This document shows, piece after piece, positions 23,961 to 36,675 of a stretch of DNA of 64,000 bases. The stretch covers positions 68,324,001 through 68,388,000 of the forward strand of contig OX597822.1 in the NCBI GenBank assembly GCA_951406725.2, read 5' to 3'. This stretch comes from Octopus vulgaris (taxonomy: Eukaryota). Each line of letters starts with the position of its first letter. The stretch's first letter is position 1. The translations under genes and the position numbers were made by a program. A model generated the notes under the pieces. It worked only from the letters and a program-made list of their open reading frames with translations, had not been told where the DNA came from and did no database searches.

Positions 23961-25360
23961 TTATTTATATGCATGTGTATATACGTAATAATATACATAC
24001 GTATATCTATGCATCTATACATATATCTACATTGAAAGCCACATATATTCTCTGCACGTGTGTATATGTATATAATATATGCATTTGTATTTGTGTACGT
24101 ATGATTTTGCGTGTATGTAAATGTATACACGTATACTTATGTGTGTATGTGTGTGTATGTGTATGTGTTTCTCTGCTCCTCCTTCTCACCTCTAATATCC
24201 ATCGAAGTTCCAATCCACCAGCTACCACCACCACCACTCACCACCCACCATCCGCCTCCAACTGCCAACCTGTACCCCCACCCCTCCTGCGCGCTACCTT
24301 CCAACCCTTTACATTTATCGCCATCCCCCTCTACCTTTTCCACAGAATTCAGCCTCTTGTCAAAATAAGCTGACTCATACCTTTTGAAAAAATCAAGATG
24401 GCGTTCCCAGATTTTTACAAAGAGGAATTAGCGGTCTTCCCTTCAAACGTACACACCTCTTTCTTCTCTCCTCTTTAAGGAGAGTGTTGATAAAGGTATG
24501 TGTGTGTAAGGAGCGAAGAAAGGTTTGGACGATACACAGCGCGGTGGTGGTGGTGGTGGTTCTTGTGGTTGTGGTTGTGATGGTAATGGTAGTGGTTGTG
24601 GTGCTTGTGGTGGTGGTGGTGGTGGTGGTGGTGGTTGTGGTGGTGTTGACGGCGGCGGTGATGGTAGTCGTCGTCGTCGTCGTATGGTCGTGATGGAAGC
24701 GGCGGCGGCGGCGGCAGAGGCGGAGGCGACGGCGATGGTCTAAGGGCAAGCGGAGGAGGAATGCTCAGTGCAAGGTGGACGGAACGGGGGAAGCGGCGGG
24801 GGTGGGGGTGGGGGTAGCTGGTTAATGGACAACAACTGTGCCATTGGAGAATAATCACTTTGGTCAATAAGACGAAGGAAACAGAATGAACGAAGGAATG
24901 AATATATAAATAAATACATAAATACATAAATAAATAAATAAATAGATAAAAAGTTCCAAGCAATGGAGATTCGGTGAATGCCTATAAGGCACAATCAACA
25001 CACAAGGTACGCCCCCCCCCCCACTCCCCTGTATCTCTCTTTCCCTTCTTCCTTTTGCTATTCCTTGCCTCGCTCGCATCAGCCAAAAACCAACCGACGC
25101 CGCCGCCGCCACCAACACCACCACTGACATCCTTCTTTAAATCAGTTGGCATCGGTGTCGGTGGTGACGGGATGAGGTGAAGGAAATATGGAACTGCTGG
25201 GGTGTCGGGGTTGGGGTGTCGGAGAGATTATGGAAAAATTGGTTGGTGTTGAAGAGCAACAGGTCCAGCCGTCTGAAACAGCGTTTTCGGATGACGGCGA
25301 AGGCGTCGACAGAAACGGCAATGCCGATGACAACGATCGGGACGATGGAGGGGAGGGGCG

Positions 25361-25392
<32 letters not shown>

Positions 25393-25897
25393 GGTGGTGG
25401 TGGTGTTGGTGTTGGTGGTGGTGGTGGTGGTGGTGATGGTGGTGGTGGGTTTTGGAGACGTCGACGATGATGATATTGTTGGTTTTGATGGTAGTAGTGA
25501 TGATGATGATGATGATGATGATGAGGAGGAGGAGGAGGAGGAGGAGGAGGAGGAGGAGGAGGATTGCGATTCAGAAGATGAAAAGGCGACGAATGTAGTG
25601 CTGGTGCTGATAATGAGCAAGATGGTAATAATTGTAGTGGTGGAAGTGGTGGTGGTGGTGGTGGTAGTGGTCATAAAGATGATGATGATAATGATGGTGA
25701 TGGTGATGGTGATGGTGGTGGTGGTGGTCATGAAGATGATGATCATATTAATGATGGTGGTGATGGTGGTGGTCGTCGTCGTCATCGTGACGATGACAGT
25801 GGTGATGATGATGGTTATATTACTGGTGACGATGCTAGAGATAATGATGTTGCTGCTGGCGTTGTCATGCTGCTGATGATCATGATGATAATGATGC

Positions 25898-25939
<42 letters not shown>

Positions 25940-26007
25940 GGATGATGATGACAACGACAAATCTGATGAAAAATGAGGTGGTAGGTGGCACATACGTGTG
26001 TGCGCGC

Positions 26008-26088
<81 letters not shown>

Positions 26089-26379
26089 GATATAGTCAAG
26101 AATATGAATATAGCAAGTGTGCAAGGAGTGTGTGAGAGTGTGTCATTGAATGAGCGTGTGTGTGTGTATTATTTAAAGAGTCAACGTGGTGAAAGCTGTA
26201 TAAAGCGACAAATTGGGAGGTGACGGTGGGGAAGGGGGAGAGATGGGTACAATAGCAATGACGATATAATGAGGAGGAAGATGAGGACACAGAGAGGAGG
26301 AGGCGGAGGAGACTGTGGACTAAAAGAAAAGATGATGATGATGATGATGGGGAGGGGAGTAGGAGATTGGGAGTAGAAG

Positions 26380-26822
26380 AAGAAAATGATGATGATGATG
26401 ATGATGATGACTACGACAACGACGACGAGGAGGAAGAAGAAGAAGAAGAGAAGAAGAAGAAGAAGAAGAAGAAGAGGAAGACGAAGAAGAAGAAGAAGAA
26501 GAAGTAGAAGAGCAAGAAGGAGAAGAAGAAGAAGAAGAAGAAGAAGAAGAAGAAGAAGAGGAAGGCGAAGAAGAAGAAGAAGAAGAGGAAGGCGAAGAAG
26601 AAGAAGAAGAAGAGGAAGGCGAAGAAGAAGAAGAAGAAGAAGAAGAAGAAGAGGAAGACGAAGAGGAGGAAGAAGAAGGAGAAGAAGAGGAGGAGGAGGA
26701 GGAGGAGGAGGAGGAGGAGGAGGAGGAGGCCTGGATATAGAGTCTGAGGAAGGAAGTTCACGTTGATGATGGTGATGGTGACGTTGCCGGCAACGACCAT
26801 GACGTTGGCGATGATGATGATC

Positions 26823-26857
<35 letters not shown>

Positions 26858-27000
26858 GAAGAAGAAGAAGAAGAAAAAGAAGAAAAAGAAGAAGAAGAAG
26901 AAGAAGAAGAAGAAGAAGAAGAAGAAGAAGAAAGAAGAAGAAGAAGAAGAAGAAGAAGAAGAAGAAGAAGAAGAAGAAGAAGAAGAAGAAGAAGAAGAAG
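26380..27000. repeat. (GAA)n/(GAG)n/(GAT)n purine-rich tracts
   Basis: Direct reading. Confidence 0.9.
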
Positions 27001-27308
27001 CCTGTAGTGCTGGTGGTGGTGGTGGTGGTATTACATTAACAAGTCTATACGCTGCAACAGACGGAAACAACGGGGTGAGGAATGCAAATGAGTTTGCATT
27101 TGTTGGTGTCAGGAAACGTGCTGCTTCCCGCACTTCCATACGAACTGAATAAACATGGCGGTTATGACCTTCTGCAACGAGGTTATGTATATGTATAAGC
27201 AGAGATGTGCGTTGGGTAGCGGGTAGGGACGTAGGTAGACACACACGTACACAGATATATATACACACATGTACATAAATATATATACATATACATTTAT
27301 ATATATCC

Positions 27309-27343
<35 letters not shown>

Positions 27344-27605
27344 TGTATGTATGTATGCATGTATGTATGTATGTATGTATGTATGAATGTATGTATGTGT
27401 GTGTGAGTGGTGTGTGTGTGTGTGTAGTGAGAGAGGAGCAAAGAGTGACATCATATACTCACAGACAAATTATTTATAATCTTTATATATAACTGTGTGT
27501 ATACAAATGTAAGCGTACGTGTATATATATGTATGTGTATGCGTGTATGTGTCTCTGTGTGTCTGTGTGTGTTTGTGTGTATGTTTGTGAGTATGTGTAT
27601 GTGTG

Positions 27606-27770
27606 CATACAGGTGTGGCTGAGTGGTAAGAAGCTTTGCTTCCCAATAACATGGTTCCGGGATCAATCCCACTGCGTGGCACCTTGGGCAAGTGTCTTCT
27701 ATTATAGCCTCGGGCCGACCAAAGCCTTTTGAGTAGATTTGATAGACGGAAACTAAATGAAACCTGTTGC
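27606..27770 (+). mobile_element. SINE family A, 5' half
   Basis: Matches the family A head and body. Confidence 0.8.
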
Positions 27771-27863
27771 ATATTGGAGGGAGATAGGGAGAAGGTCGAG
27801 GAGGAGGTAACCTCCTCAAGAAAAGGTACCAAGAGAAAGAACCCCTGTGTTCGTTAGTATACC

Positions 27864-28095
27864 TATTTCTTTTCTACCCACAACGAGCTAAACACAGAGA
27901 GGACAAACAAGGACGGATAAACAGATTAAGTCGATTACATCGACCCCAGTACGTAACTGGTACTTATTTAATCGACCCCGAAAGGATGAAAGGCAAAGTC
28001 CACCTCGGCGGAATTTGAACTCAGAAAGTAGCGGCAGACGAAATACCGCTAAGCATTTCGCCCGATGTGCTAACGATTCTGCCAGCTCGCCGCCT
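27864..28095 (-). mobile_element. SINE family B, tail type 1, full length with 37-bp target site duplication
   Basis: Flanking direct repeats at 27827-27863 and 28096-28132 (one mismatch). Confidence 0.9.
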
Positions 28096-28558
28096 TACCA
28101 AGAGAAAGAACCACTGTGTTCGTTAGTATACCGGTCGAACGAAGCAAAATGCCGCTAAGCATTTCACCCGGTTCGCCCGGTAATGCTAACGAATCTGCCA
28201 CCTCGCAGCATATAATAATGGTTTCAAATTTTGGCAGAAGGCCAGCAGTTTTAGGCGGAGAGGGTTAATCGATGCCATCGAACCCAATACTTGACTAGGA
28301 TTTGATTTTATCGATCCTGGAAGGATGAAAGGTTAAATTTAATCTCGCAGGGATTTGAACACTGAAAGTAAAGCGCCAAAACAAAAGCTGCAAGGTTCTT
28401 TCTTTCCCCCCGATGCTCTAACGATTAGGATAATTCCTGGCTTTTCGTGTCTCAATCTGGCACAAGTCCAGAAATTAAAAAAAAAAAGGGAGGTGAGTCG
28501 ACTAAAATCAACCCCAGTTCGTCTGTGGCGGGAATTGAACGTAGCTAACATATTGCTG

Positions 28559-28625
<67 letters not shown>

Positions 28626-28629
28626 TGTG

Positions 28630-28665
<36 letters not shown>

Positions 28666-28667
<2 letters not shown>

Positions 28668-29069
28668 CGTAGGAGTGACTGTGTGGTAAGTAGCTTGCTT
28701 ACGAACCACATGGTTCCGGGTTCAGTCCCACTGCGTGGCATCATGGGCTAGTGTCTTCTACTATAGCCTCGGGCCGACCAAAGCTTTGTGAGTGGATTTG
28801 GTAGACGGAAACTGAAAGAAGCCCGTCGTATATATGTATATGTGTGTGTCTATATTTGTGTGTCTGTGTATGTCCCCCCCCCCCAACATCGCTTGATAAC
28901 CGATGCTGGTGTGTTTACGCCCCGTAACTTAGCGGTTCGGCAAAAGAGACCGATAGAATAAGTATCAGGCTTACAAAGAATAAGTCCCGCGGTCGATTTG
29001 CTCGACTAAAGGCGGCGCTCTAGCATGGCCACAGTCAAATGACTGAAGCAAGTAAAAGAGTAAAAGAGT
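28666..29069 (+). mobile_element. SINE family A, full length
   Basis: Matches the family A copies; inserted after (AT)n. Confidence 0.9.
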
Positions 29070-29074
29070 ATACC

Positions 29075-29642
29075 AAGCAAAATGCTTAAAGGCATTTCGT
29101 TTCGTTTTTATACTCTGAGTTCAAATTCCGCTGAGGTCGACTTTGCCTTTCATCCTTTTGCAATGAGGCCCCCATACCCAAAATTGCTGGCCTTGTGCTA
29201 AAATTTGAAACGAAAATCGTTAGAGAATCAGACAAAATGTGTAACGGCGTTTCTTCCGGCTCTTTACGTTCAGGACTTAAAAACCGTCGAGGTCAACTTT
29301 GTCTTTCATCCTTTCGAGATTGATAAAATAAAAGGATCGACTAATCTCCCTCCTCTAAAACAGCGATGAAAAAATCCCAGCCGCAGGCGCAATTGCGCCC
29401 GCAAACCCATCTTATTTCGCCCATAGTCTGGCATACTCGTACGTACAAAATATGTACAAAAAAATTTTCAATTATAAAACTTCTACTCTAGGCACAAGAC
29501 CCGAAATGTTGGTGGGAGGAGGCCAGTCGATTAGATCAACCCCAGTACGTAACTGGTACTCAATTTATCGATCTAAAAAAGGAAAAGTCAACCTCGGCGG
29601 AATTTGAACTCAGAACGTAAAGACAGACAAAATACCGCTAAA
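29075..29642. mobile_element. Cluster of SINE family B fragments (+ strand 29075-29345, - strand 29480-29642)
   Basis: Body motif gaggtcgactttgcctttcatcc in both orientations. Confidence 0.75.
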
Positions 29643-29832
29643 CCCATTCATTCCAATAATCAATTCCTGAGGAAAAGCCTAATTTGTGATTTCATAAGGA
29701 TTATATTTCGTTTTGTTTTGAATTAATTAGGCTTGGAAAAAACTTGCCGAGTTTTTATTGGCTGTGTACCAACTTGGAATAAAGTAACGTCTACACTTGT
29801 TTTTGCCTTTCCTTACACTTTATATATATATA

Positions 29833-31625
29833 CTAGCAGAATGACCTCTCTCCGGACGGTTTTCTGCTAGCCACTTGATGATATTTTTACATTTGATTCT
29901 CATTCTAATAATTTTTATATTTTGCGTCTAATTATTTCTTGGCACTCACTTGTTTAGTAAATATTGCTTTCATTATTTTATCAGTCATAGTCTCACTTTT
30001 TTTAACAAACATCAAGGTAGTCCAACTACAGAAGGGTAACAGTTTGTCAAGTTTTACCTCATAGCAACTTAGAGATTTCAATTCAGCAGTATGAACAAAC
30101 ATTGTCAAAGAGAATCCCTGCATTATGTGACTGTACAATAGACAGGACAGCTTATTCTTGAAAATTATCGAAACTGGCTTCCATTGCTAATCCTTTAACA
30201 GAATTCTTCCTAATTTGAAATTTTTTTCGTCTGTACTTCTGCTGTATATATTCGGTTTCTGCTCTCAGCAACATGTTTGTTAGCACTGGTGATTCTGTTT
30301 GTATCTCACTGAAGTTTGGAAGGCTTCCCATTTGATACTGATTGTCGATAGGCAGCTGAACAGCCACAGACTCAGTGTCTTATTTTAAAGTAGAATATTC
30401 TCCTCTCGAGATACCCTAACCAGTCGGCCATGTGTAGCGGAAACAGAATCATCTCTACGCCTACATGCATATTCAGACATTTGTTTCAGTTGCTTTGCCC
30501 TGGTTTTATCTGATTCAGTTGCCCGTCTTTCTCTCTGCCGTCGTGCCTTTGCTGCTAAATGTTCTTTTTCTGTCGCATATATTTTTGGACACCCCATGTT
30601 GAATTGCAAAATTCTAATGTGACATTTGTGTAATAACGAAATCAAACCTGGCGTGTGTGTGTGTTTATATTAGAGAGACAGTATGTGTGTGAGTGAGAGA
30701 CAGAGAGAGAAGGAGAGAGAGAGGAGAGAGAACATTGCAAACAGCGAATGAAATAAGCATGAAATGAAAAAATCGTATAAATAAAGCTCGTTAAAAACTA
30801 TCTTGTACTGAATATTCAAATTTCTGAACTTGAAATATTTAAAAATAAAAGGAAGTTCAAAAAGTAAATTTTCCTGAAAACTTCGATGTATAAAAAATCT
30901 CATTTGCTCAGTAAATATTTCTTTCAGTAATTTATCGTAGTAACAAATTTCAAGGTAACCTGACTATCTTTAGCGTGCTAGAAATAGCAGCGATCACATA
31001 GTTATTGTTGTAAGGCTTATAGCGTTCTAAACAGCCATACTAACAAAATCACTTCTTTATTTTGTTTTTAAATTATACCGGTGTGTTAAAAAATATTCAT
31101 TTTTATCAAAAATATCCATTTAGCAAACTCCGGAAATTGATATTATTCTTGAAATTGTGCCTCATATCATAAGCTTCAAAGTTATACAGCAATTCTTTAT
31201 AATAGTATTCATTCATTTAATAAATAAATTTTTACATTACGTCTATAGAATAAACTGTGGGTTTTGAAATAGCGAATTAAAACTTGAAATGAGAACATTG
31301 AAATAAATATATATTAAATTATCATTAATGAAAATAGAGGCGAGAGTGAGTGAGAGGCCATTGCAAATGAACACGGAAAATTTCGACTGCAACGAATTAA
31401 TATTGTTTATTAAACATTAAAATCTATCTGCAACGAATATTTAAATTTGTGAAAAACTTGTTGTTCAAATAATCAATAAACCTCAGAAATCGAAATAGCA
31501 GGAAAAAATTTCCAGACAGTCAAGCCTTTCATAGACTTCCAGATGGTCAAGCCTTTGATAATTGTTTTCTTTTAGTAACTGTTATACACCTAATTAATAA
31601 GCAGCTTTCTCCATTATTATATAGA
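29833..31625 (-). mobile_element. Non-autonomous / internally deleted Helitron
   Basis: Minus strand starts A|TCTATATAATAA (31625) and ends hairpin plus CTAG|T (29833). Internal decayed ORF ARRQRERRATESDKTRAKQL resembles the charged N-terminal repeats of Rep/Hel proteins. Confidence 0.7.
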
Positions 31626-31731
31626 TAGAAGGTGGTGCTCCAGTATGGCCGCAGTCAAATAACAAGAACAAGTAAAAGACAGCAGATAAAAGATATGACA
31701 CTGAAATAGAGGAACTGCAAAAGAAATATTC

Positions 31732-32095
31732 TTTTCTACTCTAGGCACAACGCCCGAAATTTGGGGGGAAGGGACCAGTCGATTGGATCGATCCCAGTAC
31801 GCAACTGGTACTTAATTTATCGACCCTGAAAGGATGAAAGGCAAAGTCGACTTCGCGGAATCTAGAAATAGAAGAAGAAAAATGTTTTCTACTCTAGGCA
31901 CAAGGCTCGAAATTTTGGAGGAGGGGCCGGTCGATTAGATCGACCGCAGTACTCAACTGGTACTTAATTTATCGACCCCGAAGGATGAAAGGCAAAGTCG
32001 ACCTCGGCGAAATTTGAACCCAGAACGTAAAGACAGACAAAATACTGCTAAGCATTTTTTGCCCGACGTGCAAACGATTCCGCCAGCTCACGGTC
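31732..32095 (-). mobile_element. Two tandem SINE family B tail-2 copies
   Basis: ttttctactctaggcacaa occurs twice, each followed by the body. Confidence 0.85.
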
Positions 32096-32195
32096 TTACT
32101 GCAAAAGAAATATTGCAGTGGCCAGAAGAAATATAAGGCAGGTTTCACTGAACAAAGAAACCCGTTAAAGACAGGAGCGGAAGATTCGTGGCCCA

Positions 32196-32600
32196 AGGCT
32201 GTATCCTTAAGAAGCTCGCTTTTCCACCAAGTGGCTTCGGGTTCAGTTCCACTTGAGCATGTATCTTTCACTATAAACCCGGACCGACCAATGCCTTGTG
32301 AGTGAACTTGGGAGACGGAAACTATGTGGAAGCTCGTCGCATGCATGTATGTATGTGAGTGTGTATGTATGATTCTGTGTGTGTGCACTTGCTTGGGTGT
32401 GTCCCTCCCCACCTCACCGCTTTAGAACTGGTGTTAGTGTGCTTACGTCCGACCCCATAACTTAGCGGTTCGGCAAAATGTGACGGATAAGGTAAGTACC
32501 AGGCTTTTAAGAAAGTAATAGGGTCGATTCAGTCGACTAAAAAATTATTCAAGGCACTGCCCCAGCTTGGCCGCAGTCGTATGACTGAAGCAAAAGAAAT
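32196..32600 (+). mobile_element. Diverged SINE family A
   Basis: Body and tail motifs recognisable. Confidence 0.75.
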
Positions 32601-32747
32601 AAATAAATTAAATAAATGATTTTGTAGTCTTAGGGGAGTCATTGCGTCAATACAAAAAGAAATAAAAAGAAGCTATATATGTGCGTGTATGTGTGTGTGC
32701 GTGCGTGCGTGCGTGTGTGTGTGTGCGTGTGCATAAAGACAAGTGTG

Positions 32748-33530
32748 AAGGCGCATGGCTCAGTGGTTAGAGAGTCGGGCTCACAATCATGAAGTAGTGA
32801 GTTCGATTCCTTGACCGGGCTGTGTGTTGTGTTCTTGAGCAAGACACTTTATTTCACGTTGCTCCAGTTGACTCAGCTGTAGAAATGAGTTGCGACGAGC
32901 TGGCAGAATTGTTAGCACGCCAGGCGAAATGCTTTGTGGTATTTCGTCCGCCGCTACGTTCAGAGTTCAAATTCCGCCGAGGTCGACTTTGCCTTTCATC
33001 CTTTCCAGGTCGATAAATTAAGTACCAGTGACGCACTGGGGTCGATGTAATCGACTTAATCCGTTTGTCTGTACTTGTTTGTCCCCTGTATGTTTAGCCC
33101 CTTGTGGGCAATAAAGAAATAAGAAACGTTGACACGCCAGGCGAAATGCATAGCGGTATTTCGTCTGCCGCTACGTTCTGAGTTCAAATTCCGCCGAGTC
33201 GACTGTGCCTTTCATCCTTTCGGAGTCGATAAATTAAGTGCCATTTACGCACTGAGGTCGATGTAATAGACTTAATCCCTTTGTCTTTCCTTGTTTGTAC
33301 CCTCTGTGTTTATCCCCTTGTGGGCAATAAACAAATAAGAAATGAGTTACGACGTTACTGATGCCAAGCTGTATCGACCTCTGCTTCTTTGAATAACATT
33401 GGTAGCATGGAGAGGAGAGGCTGGTAGGTTGGGCGACTGCTGGTCTTCCATAAACAGCCTTGCCCGGACTTGTGCCTCAGAGGGGTAACTTTCTAGGTGC
33501 AAACCCAGAGTCATTCATGACCAAAGTGGG
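32748..33530 (+). mobile_element. SINE family C interrupted by a SINE B dimer
   Basis: tRNA-like head ggcgcatggctcagtggttagag...gagttcgattcc; resumes at 33338; collinear with the copy at 63703-64000. Confidence 0.9.
32898..33337 (+). mobile_element. SINE family B tail-1 dimer with 17-bp target site duplication
   Basis: agaaatgagtt(g/a)cgacg at 32881-32897 and 33338-33354. Confidence 0.9.
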
Positions 33531-33670
33531 GCCTATGAAGTCAGGTAAAGACAAAGGAAGTTCAGACATTGATACTAACAGAGAGCGGCAATACTTCATC
33601 AAATAAACTGAGTGTTTATATGTGCCTGCTCAATCTGCTACAAACGGCAATTAAATTCCCCTGAATTTAT

Positions 33671-33819
33671 AGGCACAGACATGATTGTGTGGTTAAAAAC
33701 TTCGCTTTACCTTCACGTGGGTTCACGCGGTACCTTCGACAAATATTCTCTGCTTTAGCCCTGTGAATGAAACAGTACGGAAACTCTTCGTGTATATATA
33801 TATTTGTTTATTTATTTAT

Positions 33820-33879
<60 letters not shown>

Positions 33880-34100
33880 GTGTGTGTGTGTTTGTCTCAC
33901 TACCACCATCGTCACTGCTTGACTGCCAGTGTTGGCCTATTTACGTCCCCATAACTTAGCGTTTCAGCAAAAGAGACTGGTATAATAAGTACCAGACTTT
34001 AAAAATATAAATACGAGAGAGGATTTGTTCGACCAAAAGAAACCTTCACGGTAGTGCCACAGCATGGCCGCAGTCCAATGATAGAAACAAATAAAAGATA
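33671..34100 (+). mobile_element. Diverged SINE family A
   Basis: Head-like ggcacagacatgattgtgtggt, internal microsatellite, tail cagcatggccgcagtccaatga. Confidence 0.7.
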
Positions 34101-35574
34101 GAAGATAAATGTACTGTTATAAAAACAAGCAAGATGAATACGTTGGATATTGCGTCTTAAGAGACTCCTAAAAAGAACGGAATTGTTACGGTTGGAATGT
34201 CTTTCATTATAGATGCACTTGATCAGAATTGACTTGGGGTTAAATTACAACGAATAGAGACTATGGATAGAACAGATAAAAAATATGGTAAACAAGCAGA
34301 CAGAAAAGATTTATTGGTACAAGGACAAAACGAAGGAGATATAGAATGATAGATTTACAGATAGATACACAGACCGATAGCTTTACACACGTACAGACAC
34401 ATACGGTCACACAAACAGCTATAAACAAACGGAGAAAGAGACAGACAGTGAGATGAAGATGTACAGACAGACTTATTAATGGGTGTTAAGACACTCAATT
34501 CACTGTAGAAAAAAAATGGGTTCTAATTAGCAAGTCATTAAGGGAAGAGCTAGGATGACGGTAGCCTTGAACAAATGTTCTCAAATTTTGGTCACAGCCA
34601 ACCGCTTCAAGCTCTATCACTAATCTAATTTCTCTACCAAATCTCTGCAATGAACGTGTTCCTAGCTTACACAACCGACTTCATTATTTGCTTCATTCGT
34701 TAATATCGTCTGCGTCTTATATTCCTGTCGTCTGCGTTATTCATTTTTTTACGTTATGGCCGTACGTACAAGTCATTAGCAGAAACGATGTTTTCTTGAA
34801 GGATTTTTTTTCTTCGTCTATTCTAACTACGTCTCTGTAGAAATAAAGGGTCAGGCTTAATTAGCACTTATTTAGGTCCACTATATTGTTTCGATCTCGC
34901 TACTGCTTATTTGTTGTAATTGTTTGTGAGTATTTGCTGCGTTTTGTTTGTTGGAATAAATAAATAATATAAAAATAAACTATTCTCATTCAAGATATCA
35001 CCACAACTGTATGTGCGCCTGAGTTTATGTGTATACATATGTAGTATATGCTCGTGAATCATGTATGTATATGCATGTATGAGTATATGTGTATAAGGAT
35101 GCATTTAAACGTACATTGAATTCGTATTTACGTAGCCAATTTAGAGGTTCCAATTTGAAGTCTTTGTTTGCGCCTCGTTTCTACGTTTTTGTTATGAATA
35201 AACAACAATTGCAGGAACCTTTCTTTCCTTTTCTTCTTTCCTCTCTCTCTCTCTCTTTCTCTTCTTTCTCCCTTGTTCTCTTTCTCTCACTCTTTTCTCC
35301 CTCTCTCGCATCTCTCTGCCTTTGTGCTCCAGTGAGTGTACGCGTATATATATATATGCGTGTATGAGTATATAACTTAATGTCTATGTGAGTGCGCATG
35401 ACATAAAGTATACATAACTATATATGTAGAATTAATCTTATAACAGGTATGTATGCATGAAGTAGTAGTGGTGGTGGTGGTGGTCGTGGTGGTCGTGGTG
35501 GTGGTGGTGGTGGTGGTCGTCGTCGTCATCATCATAAAACATGCTGTCGATACTAGTATATGGTGGTAGTACAT

Positions 35575-36273
35575 GAGGAGGAGGAACGGGAGGGTGGAGG
35601 CGGGGAAAGGGGGAGGAGGGGTGGAAGAGGGGGAAGAGGAAGAAGAGGAGGAAGATAAAGGGGAGGAAGAAGGGGAGGAAGAAGAATGGGAGGAAGAGAA
35701 AGAGGAGGAGGAAGAAGAATAGGATAAAGAGGAAGAGGAGGAGGAAGAGGAAGAGAAGAAGAGGAGGAGAAGGAGGAGGAGGAGGAGGAGGAGGAGGAGG
35801 TAGGGGAGGAGGAAGAAGGGGAGGGGGGAGAAGGGGAGGAAGAGGAAGAGGAGAAGAAGAGGGGGAATATGGGGAAGAGGAGGAAGAAGAGGAGGAAGAA
35901 GAAGAGGAGGAAGATGAAGAGGAGGAAGATGAAGAGGAGGAAGAAGAGGAGGAAGATGAAGAAGAGGAGGAAGAAGAAGAGGAGGAAGATGAGGAAGGAC
36001 GAGAGGAGGAGGAAGAACGAGGAGGAGGAGGAAGATGGGAGAAAGAGGAAGAAGGGGAAGAAGAAGAAGGGGAAGAGGGAGAGGAGGAGGAAGGAGAGGA
36101 GGAAGAAGGAGAGGTGGAAGAAGGAGAGGAGAAAGAAGGGGAAGAGGGAGATGAGGAGGAAGGAGAGGAGGGAGAGGAGGGAGAGGAGAGGAAGGAGAGA
36201 AGAAGAAGAAGAAGAAGAAGAAGAAGAAGAAGAAGAAGAAGAAGAAGAAGAAGAGGAGGAGGAGGGGAGGAGG
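35575..36273. repeat. About 700-bp almost pure polypurine (GA-rich) tract
   Basis: Direct reading. Confidence 0.9.
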
Positions 36274-36324
36274 AATAACTTCAAAATCATTCTGAAATTA
36301 CACATTTTTTAAAACCTGAAGGCT

Positions 36325-36541
36325 AGAAACGTTAGCACGCCGGGCGAAATGCGTAGCCGTATTTCATCTGCCGTTACGTTGTGAGTTCAAATTCCGTCGA
36401 GGTCGACTTTGCCTTTCATCTTTTCGGGGTCGATAAATTAAGTACCAGTTTCCAACTGGGGTCGATGTAATCGACTTAATCCCTTTGTCTGTCCTTGTTT
36501 GTCCCCTCTGTGTTTAGCCCCTTGTGGGTAGTAAAGAAATA
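36325..36541 (+). mobile_element. SINE family B, tail type 1
   Basis: Matches consensus and ends tagccccttgtgggtagtaaagaaata. Confidence 0.9.
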
Positions 36542-36675
36542 TATATTGGACAGTTTAGTCCTTGACACACAAGGCCGGACAGTAACACATCATATACACA
36601 CACATACACATAAACACACTGCCATACGTCTGTCTGTGTGTTTATGATATATGGATGTGTGTATGCACGCTTGTG

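Noticed and set aside
29361-29430. hAT-like terminus (cagcgatg...ccgcaggcgcaattgcgcccgc)
   Set aside because: No partner TIR or TSD found nearby.
35869-36312. Arg/Lys/Glu-rich protamine-like ORF
   Set aside because: Translation of a polypurine tract; the Arg-rich ORF at 26386-26766 is the same kind of artefact from (GAA)n.
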